Below, piece by piece: positions 26,839-36,413 of a DNA stretch of 64,000 nt; position 1 is the stretch's first letter, and the number at the start of each line of letters is the position of its first letter. This DNA is from an uncultured Clostridia bacterium (GTDB lineage Bacteria; Bacillota; Clostridia; Saccharofermentanales; DTU023): positions 62,259 to 126,258 of the forward strand of contig CAMJYM010000001.1 of assembly GCA_946220865.1 (NCBI GenBank), written 5' to 3'. Under the pieces are notes generated by a model that did no database searches, was not told the DNA's origin, and saw nothing but the letters and a program-made list of their open reading frames with translations. The position numbers and the translations under genes are program-made.

Positions 26839-27327
26839 TTAAAGAGTCATATCCTGTTCCCAATCCGGAAAAATGCGAACCTCTTTAGCTCCAGGGAGTT
26901 TTCTCAAATCTTTCAGGATTCGTAACGCCTGTTTTCTGCTGGCTACCTTGATTGAAAGATGGAGAATGACCTGACCGGCTTCATAGAGCGACTGTCCAGC
27001 CTGACAAATGCTCACCTTTTCCTTCTCAAGAATGCTGATTAAACGTGGAAAAATCAAGCCGCGCTGTTCCAGAAGAAGCTGGTAGACCACCTGGGTCACT
27101 TGATCCTCGCTATGGTAAGGATGTACGGTTTCACGATATTTATAAAAGGTGCTGCGGCTGAGCTTTTCTTCACGGCAAGCTTCATTCACCGAAATTGCGG
27201 ACTCTTCCTCCAGACGAAGTTTGACCCGAAGAACTTTGCGGTAAACCTCTGGAACCGCTTTTTCTTCAATTAAAAGCCAGCGCTTTTTTTCAGTTTTCTT
27301 CGCATTTTGCCTCTCTTCTGCCATCAT
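26839..27327 (-). CDS. ACT domain-containing protein (UPF0735 / PheB-like)
   Basis: The family-typical N-terminus is present (LLIEEKAVPEVYRKVLRVKLRLEEESAISVNEACREEKLSRSTFYKYRETVHPY), followed by an ACT-like C-terminus. I set the start at ATG 27327, 5 nt after the rdgB stop. The track ORF extends to 27558 inside rdgB. Confidence 0.7.
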   Translation of the reverse strand: MMAEERQNAKKTEKKRWLLIEEKAVPEVYRKVLRVKLRLEEESAISVNEACREEKLSRSTFYKYRETVHPYHSEDQVTQVVYQLLLEQRGLIFPRLISILEKEKVSICQAGQSLYEAGQVILHLSIKVASRKQALRILKDLRKLPGAKEVRIFPDWEQDMTL

Positions 27328-27331
27328 GAGC

Positions 27332-27940
27332 TTATTTCTCCTCTTCTGCCTTGAGCTCCAGTTCAATATCATGATACCAGTCACGAAGGGCCAGGCCTCT
27401 GTGACTACGCGCATTTTTCTCAGCTGTGGGCAGTTCGGCATTAGTAAGGCCACGATCTTCCAGGTAGAAAATGGGATCGTAACCGAAACCGTTTTTTCCG
27501 CGTCTTTCCCGGATAATCCGTCCCGGAACCTGCCGCTCATAACGTCGGAGTCTTCCACTCAGATCAATGTAGCAAAGGGCACAATGAAAAGCGGCCGTCC
27601 AGCTTTCCTCAGGGACATCACGAAGCAACGCCCACAGCCGCTCACACTTCTCCTTGTACGCTGTATGTTCACCGGCAAAACGGGCCGAGTAGATGCCAGG
27701 ATATCCTCCCAGAGCATCGACAGACAGGCCGGAATCATCAGCCAGAACTCTTCCCCCAAGGGCATTAAAAACGGCTCTCGCTTTAATCTCGGCATTTTCT
27801 GCATAGCTATGACCTGGCTCCGGAATTTCTTCTGTAAATCCGGCTTCACGCATGGAAATCAATTGGATTCGAGGATCTCCAATGATTTCACGAAACTCCC
27901 GAATCTTATCCTTATTATGGCTGGCAATAATAATTTTCAT
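27332..27940 (-). CDS. rdgB: RdgB/HAM1 non-canonical purine NTP pyrophosphatase
   Basis: MKIIIASHNKDKIREFREI..., DDSGLSVDALGGYPGIYSARFAGE and GKNGFGYDPIF are all present. I took the ATG at 27940, with a GAGGA RBS. Confidence 0.88.
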   Translation of the reverse strand: MKIIIASHNKDKIREFREIIGDPRIQLISMREAGFTEEIPEPGHSYAENAEIKARAVFNALGGRVLADDSGLSVDALGGYPGIYSARFAGEHTAYKEKCERLWALLRDVPEESWTAAFHCALCYIDLSGRLRRYERQVPGRIIRERRGKNGFGYDPIFYLEDRGLTNAELPTAEKNARSHRGLALRDWYHDIELELKAEEEK

Positions 27941-27950
27941 CGTTTCATCC

Positions 27951-29672
27951 TCAGAGTGCCAGGCGGTCACAAAGTGAAAACGCTGCACGCTGCATACATG
28001 CCTTGTCCCAGGGTACGCTCAGATCTGCCAATTTAAAGCGCTCAAAAACAGGGCTGCCCGGATTGCTGAGCAAAAGGCCATTGAGTGATGCTGCAAGATG
28101 TCGCTGTTTCTGGCGAAAAGGATGTTCAGCCAGCACAGTTACCAGCGCCATGGGAAGAGCCAGCGAGCGGTAAACGCCCCCGGTCAGAGGCAATAAAATT
28201 TCCCAGGCCTCATTTTGCAATAAAAACTCCCCTTCTGCTTCTTCTAAATCTGGAAACCAGCGTTCACACAGTTCCATCCACTCGCGGGAAAGATCTTTGG
28301 CAGAAAGAATGGCACCTGTTGTAAAAATTCGTTCTTCCATTTCAAAAAGAGCGAAGTACAGCGGCAAAATCAGAAAAAGGCGGCTCAGAAAGAGATCTTC
28401 GGCAAGTTCAGCCCTAGGGCCGTAGGCCTCAACAAGGCGCTCCGCAGAAAGGAAAAAGAAAAAACAAGCTGAAATCTTGCGTGTTAATTCATCCTGGCGG
28501 CTCGCACCCAGGACGTGATAATTGAGCATTGCTGAAACATCCGCCAAGCCTTCACCAAGTCGGAAAAGAGTTCGACTCAGTGGGGCAAAGGGCTCTTCAG
28601 CCGGCAAAAGGAAAAAAGCGGAGGGTTCCGAGGGAAAAAGAACCGTGGCTTCGCCGAAAGCGGCGGCTGTTTTCGGGCTAAAGGAAACATAGCCTTCATC
28701 CAGCAGACCGGCTACAAAACTTTGTGCCTCTCCACTCATGATTTCCAAACATCTGCCCAGATAAGGAGCCAGCTGAGAACTTTCGAGTGAGGCCGCCGGA
28801 TCCGCCTCGTCCATAAGGGTCAAGAGATCACTGGCTCGGTAGATCTCAGTACCCAGGCGAAGATTTCTCTGGCACCTCAGTTCTCGATAAAGTGGCAGAA
28901 AATGATGCTGAAAAGACTGAACAAAGCCCCTCATTTCCCGGCGGCTGAAATCCCGGCGGCCGCGAAGCGCCGCATGATAGGCGGAATAATGGGGATAAGA
29001 GCAACGCCCGGCCAACTCACGACGCAAAGCAATAAGTTCCAGAAAAAGAGCTTCTCTTTCACACTTTTTCTCATTCAAATCATCGCAGAGTTCGCGGCTC
29101 AGTTGTTTTCGTGAAGCTAGCTCCGAAAGGCTGAAAAAGGCATTTCCACCCTGAACAGACTGGTGCAGGCATTCCGGGCACAAATCTCTCAGCCTGCGCT
29201 CCAGAGCCGCCTCACGAGCCCATGTATCAGGAGAGACCGCATCACGAAAACGACTCCAACGCCAGGCTTCAGACCAGAGATCACGATCTTCTCCACTGTG
29301 CTCCACGTGTTCGTAACGGGAATTGAGCAGGGCCCTGTAAAAGATGGCCCGGGCTTGCTCCGGTATGGCAGCTTCACGGACAAAAAAGCTCTCCTCTTGC
29401 GGGTTAATCTGTCCCTCTGCACTTTTAAGCCGACTTAAGCTGGCAGCACTTTCCCAAGCCAGAAGCTCCTGCTGAAAGGCCAGAATACGCAGTTTTATTT
29501 CATCGGGATCAACAGCACGGCGCAAGGCAGCTGCAGCCTCTTCCGCTGAGTTTAAAAGCTCCTCTGGCTGCGGGTATTTAATACGAAGCTCAGAGAAAGC
29601 TCGAATGCCGGGCAGATGCTGACTTCTTTCACCCACGGCCGCCCTACATTCTTTCGACAGTTTTAAGCCCAA
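27951..29672 (-). CDS. Hypothetical protein (573 aa), family not assignable by eye
   Basis: A long uninterrupted ORF, apparently helix-rich, with no TM segment. It contains no HExxH or other catalytic motif I recognise. Its 5' end overlaps the argS stop by 29 nt, so the start is uncertain. Confidence 0.5.
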   Translation of the reverse strand: MGLKLSKECRAAVGERSQHLPGIRAFSELRIKYPQPEELLNSAEEAAAALRRAVDPDEIKLRILAFQQELLAWESAASLSRLKSAEGQINPQEESFFVREAAIPEQARAIFYRALLNSRYEHVEHSGEDRDLWSEAWRWSRFRDAVSPDTWAREAALERRLRDLCPECLHQSVQGGNAFFSLSELASRKQLSRELCDDLNEKKCEREALFLELIALRRELAGRCSYPHYSAYHAALRGRRDFSRREMRGFVQSFQHHFLPLYRELRCQRNLRLGTEIYRASDLLTLMDEADPAASLESSQLAPYLGRCLEIMSGEAQSFVAGLLDEGYVSFSPKTAAAFGEATVLFPSEPSAFFLLPAEEPFAPLSRTLFRLGEGLADVSAMLNYHVLGASRQDELTRKISACFFFFLSAERLVEAYGPRAELAEDLFLSRLFLILPLYFALFEMEERIFTTGAILSAKDLSREWMELCERWFPDLEEAEGEFLLQNEAWEILLPLTGGVYRSLALPMALVTVLAEHPFRQKQRHLAASLNGLLLSNPGSPVFERFKLADLSVPWDKACMQRAAFSLCDRLAL

Positions 29673-31356
29673 GAAGGCCCAGGGCGAGACTTAAGACTTC
29701 AGAAAAACGGCTGCAAAGGGCAAGTCTGGCTTCTCTGATCTCCTGGTTTTCGGCTTTTAAAATCGAAATATTGTGATAAAACTTGTTAAAGTCACGACAG
29801 GCCAGATTGATCTGACGAGTCAGTATACAGGGTTCATATGCCTTTGCTGCGGCCAGCACAGCATCTTCCATAGCAGCCATATCCTTGATGAGGGTGAATT
29901 CATCATCCGTGATCAGCAGGCGGCTGTTTGCATGGCAGAGATCATCAGCAGAAACAGCGGCTTTCCTCAGGATACTGCGGCTCCTGGCATAAGTGTAAAG
30001 CATATAAGGAGCCGTGTCCCCCTCAAAGTCAAGCATTTCCTCCCAGCTGAAAACAATATTCTTTTCACGCCCATTGCGGAGATAAGCATGCTTCACCGCT
30101 GCAATCCCGACAATTTCTGCGGTTTCGTCAAGCTCCTGCTCACTCATCTCCGGATTATTTTGCGCCATGATGGAACGAACTTTGGCTACACTCTGATCGA
30201 GCAGATCTTCGAGTAAAATCACCTTACCTTTGCGGGTTGAAAAATCTTCCCCTCCAGCTATACTGAGACGTCCAAAAGCGACGTGAATACAATCCCGTGC
30301 TTTCTTATAGCCCATGCGTTCGAGGACACCAAAAACCTGTTTAAAGTGGTTCTTTTGCTCTGCTCCCACAACATAAATATTCTTTGTGAAATTCCAGGTT
30401 TTATCACGATAGAAAATCGCTGCGATATCACGCGAGGCATAAATCGTCGTGCCATCCGATTTCAGGATAAGGCAGGGGTTAAGATTGAACTCGTCCAGGC
30501 GCACAACCTGAGCGCCCTGGCTTTCCTCCAGCAGGCCCTTTTGTTTCAGCTCTTCGACTACAGCGGGAATTTTATCGGAGTAAAAACTCTCTCCGTTATA
30601 GTTATCGAAGCTAATCCCCATGCGATCATAAATTACAGAGAACTTTTTCAGGCTGAGATCGCGGAAATCCTGCCAGAGTTTCAGTTCTTCCGGCTTTTTC
30701 TCTTCGAGATTCTTAAAAGCCTGGCGGGCTTCGTCATCGAGTTCGGGTTCATTTTCCACTTCCTGATGAAACTTGACATAAACCCGTGTAAGTTCTTTTA
30801 TGGCATCCTCTTCAAGCGCTTCACGCTGACCCCAGCGCTTCCAGGCCACGATCAGTTTGCCAAATTGCGTACCGTAATCCCCCAGGTGATTCAAGCGCAC
30901 AACGTTATAGCCCAGGTAAGTATAGATTCTGGAAATGGCATCGCCAAGGCACGTGGAAAAGGCATGGCCGACATGGAAAGGTTTGGCAATATTGGGCGAA
31001 GAATATTCGACAATGATGTTTTTTCCCTGTCCTTCATCCTGATGAGTGAAAAAATATCCCGGCTGCTCTTCGCGGAAAAAAGCTTCGGCGTATGCTGCAC
31101 GATCAAAGAAAAAGTTAAGATAGGGACCCTGGGCCTTGATCTCTCTGATCATGGGGTTTTTCGCCTGGAGTTGAGAAGCCAACTCAGAGGCAATGACCTG
31201 TGGCGCTTTTTTCAGGCTTCTGGCCAGACTGAAACACGGCATGGCCAGGTCGCCCATTTCCGCCTGCGGGGGAATTTCCAACAAACTTTCAATATTTTCT
31301 TCAGACAGTCCAAGAACCCTGGCCAGGCTGCGTGCACATTCTATACGTAAATCCAT
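29644..31356 (-). CDS. argS: Arginine--tRNA ligase
   Basis: Class I HIGH region (SPNIAKPFHVGHAFS) and a typical ArgRS C-terminal anticodon-binding end (...LGLLGLKTVERM). I chose the ATG at 31356 because GGAGG lies 5 nt upstream and it overlaps the stop of the upstream gene. The track ORF starts at a GTG at 31368. Confidence 0.9.
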   Translation of the reverse strand: MDLRIECARSLARVLGLSEENIESLLEIPPQAEMGDLAMPCFSLARSLKKAPQVIASELASQLQAKNPMIREIKAQGPYLNFFFDRAAYAEAFFREEQPGYFFTHQDEGQGKNIIVEYSSPNIAKPFHVGHAFSTCLGDAISRIYTYLGYNVVRLNHLGDYGTQFGKLIVAWKRWGQREALEEDAIKELTRVYVKFHQEVENEPELDDEARQAFKNLEEKKPEELKLWQDFRDLSLKKFSVIYDRMGISFDNYNGESFYSDKIPAVVEELKQKGLLEESQGAQVVRLDEFNLNPCLILKSDGTTIYASRDIAAIFYRDKTWNFTKNIYVVGAEQKNHFKQVFGVLERMGYKKARDCIHVAFGRLSIAGGEDFSTRKGKVILLEDLLDQSVAKVRSIMAQNNPEMSEQELDETAEIVGIAAVKHAYLRNGREKNIVFSWEEMLDFEGDTAPYMLYTYARSRSILRKAAVSADDLCHANSRLLITDDEFTLIKDMAAMEDAVLAAAKAYEPCILTRQINLACRDFNKFYHNISILKAENQEIREARLALCSRFSEVLSLALGLLGLKTVERM

Positions 31357-32276
31357 CATACCCTCCACAGTTCAGCTGGATAAATTCCTGCCGCTATCTT
31401 TTCCCGCAAAGCCTGCATGACACTCTCTTTGTCCTCGTGATAGGTGATGCCGAACCAATGGTCGTGACTGATATGAACACGCACGCGAATTTTTTCCTCA
31501 GCCAGCAGCTCACCGATCAGAGAAGGCAGAAGGTACTCGGATTTTAGAGGATTAGCCGGCACAGCCTCACGGAAGAACTTTGGCCAGTAGACTTCAACCG
31601 TCTGCATAAACTCCGGTGAAAACCCCCAGAAGTTCATGGATACAGGGGAATCCAGCGCAACCTTTTCCCAGCTTTTGCCACCGTCTTCGGAAAAGAGAGC
31701 CACGCCCTCACCTTCTTTTATCATGCGGCGTTCAACAATTTCCCTGAGATAGCCCTCTTCAACTCGACAAAGTCCCCGTGCCACATGTCCGTTGGGCGAA
31801 AGGGTATGACCCAGAACATAGGTCACAATATCTGCTGAATTTTTTTCATGCTCCTCACAGAGCAGGCGATAGATTAAGCGATACGCCTCCGGTCCGTAGT
31901 AGTCATCAGCATTGATCACCGCAAAAGGGGCATCGATAAGATCACGGGCTGCCAGGAGCGCATGAGCCGTTCCCCAGGGCTTGACCCGCCCTTCCGGTAT
32001 CGTTTCTCCCTCAGGGATATCCTTTAAAGACTGAAAGGCATACTGCACCTCAAAGAACTTTTTAATACGGCTGCCGATAGCTGCATCAAAAGCTGCTTCA
32101 TCTTCTTTCTTGATGATGAAAACAACCCGTTTAAAGCCCGCTTGTCTCGCATCATAAAGCGAGTAGTCCATAAGGATTTCGCCATTTGGGCCAAGGGCAT
32201 CAATCTGTTTCAGGCCTCCATAGCGAGACCCCATTCCTGCGGCTAGTATCAGTAATATCGGCTCTTTTTGCATCAT
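31356..32276 (-). CDS. Sugar-phosphate nucleotidyltransferase family protein
   Basis: N-terminal LILAAGMGSRYGGLKQ (G-x-G-x-R nucleotidyltransferase signature). ATG at 32276 with a GAGGGAG RBS. Confidence 0.7.
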   Translation of the reverse strand: MMQKEPILLILAAGMGSRYGGLKQIDALGPNGEILMDYSLYDARQAGFKRVVFIIKKEDEAAFDAAIGSRIKKFFEVQYAFQSLKDIPEGETIPEGRVKPWGTAHALLAARDLIDAPFAVINADDYYGPEAYRLIYRLLCEEHEKNSADIVTYVLGHTLSPNGHVARGLCRVEEGYLREIVERRMIKEGEGVALFSEDGGKSWEKVALDSPVSMNFWGFSPEFMQTVEVYWPKFFREAVPANPLKSEYLLPSLIGELLAEEKIRVRVHISHDHWFGITYHEDKESVMQALREKIAAGIYPAELWRV

Positions 32277-32477
32277 CAATTCTCCCTCATCTGCCGCGAT
32301 CGTTTGCGGCCATAAAGTTTTTCTCCTGAAAGAAAAGCCTGATCTATCTTAGCACAGAATAAAGCCAACATTCTGCCCTGAAATGTGGTCCTTTGACCGC
32401 TGGAGAGCCTCAGACTTTAAGCTGTCATAATTGCGGCCAGGCATCATTCCCAGAACGCGAAGCGCAAGATCTCAAAG

Positions 32478-34751
32478 TCAGTGTCGTCCTGCATCATAAG
32501 AAGTTGCGGGTTCATAATGCTCTTCTTGCTCTGCTCGCTCCCGGAAAACCTCCGCAGCCCGAATGGCCGCTCTGCTGAGTTCAATCTGAGAATCCAGAAT
32601 TTCCCGACCACGGCGGTCTACCGCATGGTAGAGTCCGTCAGCCTGGCAGATGTGAGCACGTTCGGTATCACGCAGTTCCAGATCAAGGATCTGGAAAATA
32701 CGGTCACGACAGACAGGGTCATGCACCGGCATCATCAGCTCTATGCGTCGGTCGAGGTTCCTGGGCATCCAATCCGCACTGCCGATGAGCAGGTCCTCTG
32801 CTCCGCTGTTATAGTAATAAAAAATCCGGGAATGCTCGAGGAAGCGCCCCACCACACTGCGCACTTCAATGTTTTCTGAAAGGCCTTTCACCCCCGGTCT
32901 GAGGCAGCAGATTCCACGAACAACAAGGCGGATAAGTACGCCCGCCTGAGAGGCTGCATAAAGAGCATCAATGATTTCCGGATCCACGAGAGAGTTTGTT
33001 TTACCCAAAATCATGGCCTTCTGCCCATTTTCAGCATGCCTTTTTTCACGCTCAATGCGAAAGAGAGTGTCCGCTTTCAACCAACGCGGCGCAGGGACCA
33101 GGAGATTCCAGCTGTGTGGAAGGGAAAAGCCAGAAATCATATTAAAGAAATTCGTCGCATCTTCTCCCAGTCGTTCGGAGCAGGACCAGATCCCCAGATC
33201 GGTGTATATTCTGGCTGTCTTGTCGTTATAGTTCCCCGTCCCGATGTGCACGTAACGGCGCAGGCCATCTTCCTCCTCGCGCACGATTAAAGTGATTTTG
33301 CTGTGGGTCTTCAGCCCACGTATGCCATAGAGAACATGGCAGCCTGCTCTTTCAAGTTCACGCGCCCAGTGAATATTGTTTTCCTCATCAAAACGGGCCT
33401 TGAGTTCGACCAGCACAAGCACCTGCTTCCCGGCCTCAGCAGCCCGGGCCAGCGAGGCAATGATCGGCGAATCTGAGCTCACGCGGTAAAGGGTCTGCTT
33501 AATGGCCAGAACCTGAGGATCTTCAGCGGCCTCACTGATCACACGAATCACCGGATCAAAGCTTTCATAGGGGTGATGCAGCAGAATATCGCGCTCACGG
33601 ATACAGGCAAACACGTTTTTGTCTTTCGGAAAAGCCGGTGAAGGCTGAGGGTTGAAAGGAGGATAATGCAAATCCGGACGCGGAGGCAGGAGGCCAGGAA
33701 TTTTCGAGACAAAAGTCAGATCTATGGGACCCCGAATACGAAAGATCTGCTCCTCCGGGACCTTCATCTCTTCCTGGAGTATGGCCAGTTCTTCCGGTTG
33801 GGCAGCATGCTCCAATTCCAGGCGAATCACTTCGCCGCGCTTGCGTAATTTGAGTTTGTCCTCAATCTCTGAAAGAAGATCTGAGGTATCCTCCTCATCG
33901 ACCACAAAGTCAGCATTGCGCATAATACGAAAGGTGTGTGCTGATTGTATTTCCGCATTGTCGAAAAGTTTTTCGATAAAGAGGCGAACCAGATCTTCCA
34001 GGAGAATAAAGCCATGGGCTTCCCCGCTCTCGCCTGGTGAATGCTCTTCGAGGGTGAGAGGAATCAGGCGCGGCAAATTAGAAGGAATCTGCACAATCGC
34101 ATAAGGCGCCGTAGTTTTGCTTTTTCCCTCAGCATCAGCCTTGCTTTTGGGCTTTTTCTCCTGACTCGCATACTGGCTGACATTTTCAGGCAGCCTTGCG
34201 GGGATAACCAGGAGATTAAGGCTCTTGCTGCTGATCAGAGGAAAGGGCCTTGCCGCATCAACAGCGATGGGCGAAAGAACGGGAAAGATCTGCTGGTCGA
34301 AATATCTTTCCAGTTCGTCTTTCTGCTCCTCGCTCAGTTCGGAAGTCTGAATAATTTCAATGCCTTCGTTCTTTAATTGAGGCAAAATCTGCCGATTCCA
34401 GGTACTGTATTGTTTTTTAAAAAAGCGTTTATTGCGTTTGAGAAGAAGTTCCAGTTGTTTTGCAGGAGGCAGACCTGCAGGATCAGGCTTGCTGCCTCCA
34501 GCCTGGACCAGATCAATCAGGGAGGCCACACGGATCATGAAAAATTCGTCCAGATTGCTGCCCGTAATGGCCAGAAAATTAAGGCGCTCAAAGAGCGGGT
34601 TGTTCTTATCCCGCGCTTCTTCCAGGACACGTTCATTAAACTCCATCCAGGACAGCTCGCGATTCACAAAACGGGTTTCACCCTCAGAAAGAACCGCAGG
34701 TATTTCAGAACGATACATCGTCTCAAGGGCCGATTCATAGATACTCATCAC
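32478..34751 (-). CDS. ppk1: Polyphosphate kinase 1
   Basis: 757 aa with FVNRELSWMEFNERVLEEA, the autophosphorylation-region pattern HSKITLIVREE and PLD-like C-terminal domains (GSADWMPRNLDRRIE). Confidence 0.92.
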   Translation of the reverse strand: MMSIYESALETMYRSEIPAVLSEGETRFVNRELSWMEFNERVLEEARDKNNPLFERLNFLAITGSNLDEFFMIRVASLIDLVQAGGSKPDPAGLPPAKQLELLLKRNKRFFKKQYSTWNRQILPQLKNEGIEIIQTSELSEEQKDELERYFDQQIFPVLSPIAVDAARPFPLISSKSLNLLVIPARLPENVSQYASQEKKPKSKADAEGKSKTTAPYAIVQIPSNLPRLIPLTLEEHSPGESGEAHGFILLEDLVRLFIEKLFDNAEIQSAHTFRIMRNADFVVDEEDTSDLLSEIEDKLKLRKRGEVIRLELEHAAQPEELAILQEEMKVPEEQIFRIRGPIDLTFVSKIPGLLPPRPDLHYPPFNPQPSPAFPKDKNVFACIRERDILLHHPYESFDPVIRVISEAAEDPQVLAIKQTLYRVSSDSPIIASLARAAEAGKQVLVLVELKARFDEENNIHWARELERAGCHVLYGIRGLKTHSKITLIVREEEDGLRRYVHIGTGNYNDKTARIYTDLGIWSCSERLGEDATNFFNMISGFSLPHSWNLLVPAPRWLKADTLFRIEREKRHAENGQKAMILGKTNSLVDPEIIDALYAASQAGVLIRLVVRGICCLRPGVKGLSENIEVRSVVGRFLEHSRIFYYYNSGAEDLLIGSADWMPRNLDRRIELMMPVHDPVCRDRIFQILDLELRDTERAHICQADGLYHAVDRRGREILDSQIELSRAAIRAAEVFRERAEQEEHYEPATSYDAGRH

Positions 34752-34773
34752 ATTCCCCTTTTTTCCAGGCTAA

Positions 34774-36318
34774 TCAGGCCTTTATCTCGCGATATTTTGC
34801 CTGCAGTGAAACACCAAAAACATCTTGGAAAAGCGCTTTGTGCCGCTCGAGTGTCCACATTTCCAGCATGATGTCCTCACTGCTGTAAAGATTCAAAACG
34901 TAGGAACCATCCTCATCCCGGCTCAGACGGCACTTTTGAATTTTCTGGCTGTGGCTGGCATCAAGCGCATTGGCCATACTCAGCAGAGCAAGCAATTTCA
35001 TGAGATCCAGTTTATCCACGTCCTGCAGGTATTTCTGCAGGTTAGGTTTCCGCGTAAAATTGCCATTGTGGTAGTAAATCAGATTGGCCAGAAATTCCAG
35101 TTTGCGGTCACTGACCCCGGGGATCACCGCTGATTTAATGATTTGATAGCTGAAAATATCATCGTCCTGCATACTGATATATTTGCCAACGTTGTGGAGC
35201 AGAGCGCCGATCTGCAGCATGACGCGGTCTTCTTCCTTCAGCCGGTGTAATCGCTGAGTCTGGTCAAAGAGTTCCAGACTGATGCGTGCAACCTGTTCGG
35301 AGTGCAGGCGGTCGGTCTGATAACGGCGTGCCAATTCGACAGAAGCTGCGTAGAGATCCTCCCTGGGGTCACGCAGATAACGCCTGCCGGAAAACTGCTG
35401 AGCAGCCTCCATGAGAAGGCCATTCTCCAGGCTGACATCAGGCAGCAGAGCATCGTCAAGATCACAGAGATCAAAGACTTCGTCGATCAGCAGAGCCATG
35501 GGAAGAAGCAAACTGGCATTTTCATCAGATATTCCTTCCTCCATCACCAGACTCTGCTCAGAGCGACTTCGCAGCATGGCAAGGACACGGGAAAAATCCC
35601 TGCGGCTCAGGCGGCACTCTCCTGTCGGAGGCAGGCCTGAAAGCTTGCGCAAATGGGTCAGACCGGCTCCGGAACCATGAATAATAAAGTTCTGGACTTC
35701 CGCTGCGCGAGGCTCAAACTTGCGATAATTGGCCAGATCTCCGGAAACATACTCGCGGATAAGTTGATTAAAATCACGGCTATGCACAGCCAGCTCAGAA
35801 AGGAGCGCGCGTATGCGCAGCGAACCCATGCGTAAATTCTGTGAAGTCAGCAGGTGGGAATCCTCAAAGATGCTCAGCTGAATGGAGCCTGCTGCCAGGC
35901 CAAGTATCAGCGAAGGTTTTTTAATGGCCTCACGAAAAGCCTCCGAACATTCGCCAAGAGCCAGAAGCTGATAACCCACCTCCTCATTATTACTGAGAAT
36001 GCGGACTTTAATCCCGCTGGCCCTTTCAATCTGGTCAAGAATAAAGGCTCGGTTTTGGGCTTCGCGAATCGCTGAAGTGGCCGTCGCCAGGATCTGACAA
36101 TCTGGATATTCCTGCAGTTTAAGGCGAAAAAGACTCAGCGTTTCTACGATCTGCCGGAGAACCGCTTCGGAAATAAAACCATCACGATAGGTATCTGAGC
36201 CTGCAGGCACGGTACGCTGAACGCGTTCAAGAAGCTTCGGCGGTTTGCGCTGGCGTAGCTGGGCGATACTCATGGATATCTCGTGAGAACCTACATCAAT
36301 CACCGCTTGATACGTCAT
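34774..36318 (-). CDS. ppx: Exopolyphosphatase / GppA family phosphatase with C-terminal HD domain
   Basis: N-terminal ASKHA fold (AVIDVGSHEISMSIA, ATSAIREAQN) and an HD region (IGALLHNVGKYIS). It starts 22 nt upstream of ppk1. Confidence 0.85.
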   Translation of the reverse strand: MTYQAVIDVGSHEISMSIAQLRQRKPPKLLERVQRTVPAGSDTYRDGFISEAVLRQIVETLSLFRLKLQEYPDCQILATATSAIREAQNRAFILDQIERASGIKVRILSNNEEVGYQLLALGECSEAFREAIKKPSLILGLAAGSIQLSIFEDSHLLTSQNLRMGSLRIRALLSELAVHSRDFNQLIREYVSGDLANYRKFEPRAAEVQNFIIHGSGAGLTHLRKLSGLPPTGECRLSRRDFSRVLAMLRSRSEQSLVMEEGISDENASLLLPMALLIDEVFDLCDLDDALLPDVSLENGLLMEAAQQFSGRRYLRDPREDLYAASVELARRYQTDRLHSEQVARISLELFDQTQRLHRLKEEDRVMLQIGALLHNVGKYISMQDDDIFSYQIIKSAVIPGVSDRKLEFLANLIYYHNGNFTRKPNLQKYLQDVDKLDLMKLLALLSMANALDASHSQKIQKCRLSRDEDGSYVLNLYSSEDIMLEMWTLERHKALFQDVFGVSLQAKYREIKA

Positions 36319-36413
36319 ATGTTCTGCCTCCTGTTTTGATCTCTTTCAAAAAAAATCTCCGAAAACTCCCTTTTCTATAAGGTCCTGAAAATATTCCGGA
36401 CCTTCCCTGCCTC

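Noticed and set aside
30283-31350. Very long antisense ORFs: 355 aa opposite argS, 359 aa opposite typA (58057-59136), 331 aa opposite glgP (53508-54503), and many of 150-240 aa opposite other genes.
   Set aside because: Each lies entirely within a well-supported conserved gene on the other strand. They lack RBS context and translate to Phe/Leu/Ile/Arg-rich junk with no motifs. This is the usual consequence of codon bias suppressing stops in the antisense frame.
31357-31420. A T-box leader for argS.
   Set aside because: The argS start overlaps the stop of the upstream nucleotidyltransferase gene, so there is no leader space.
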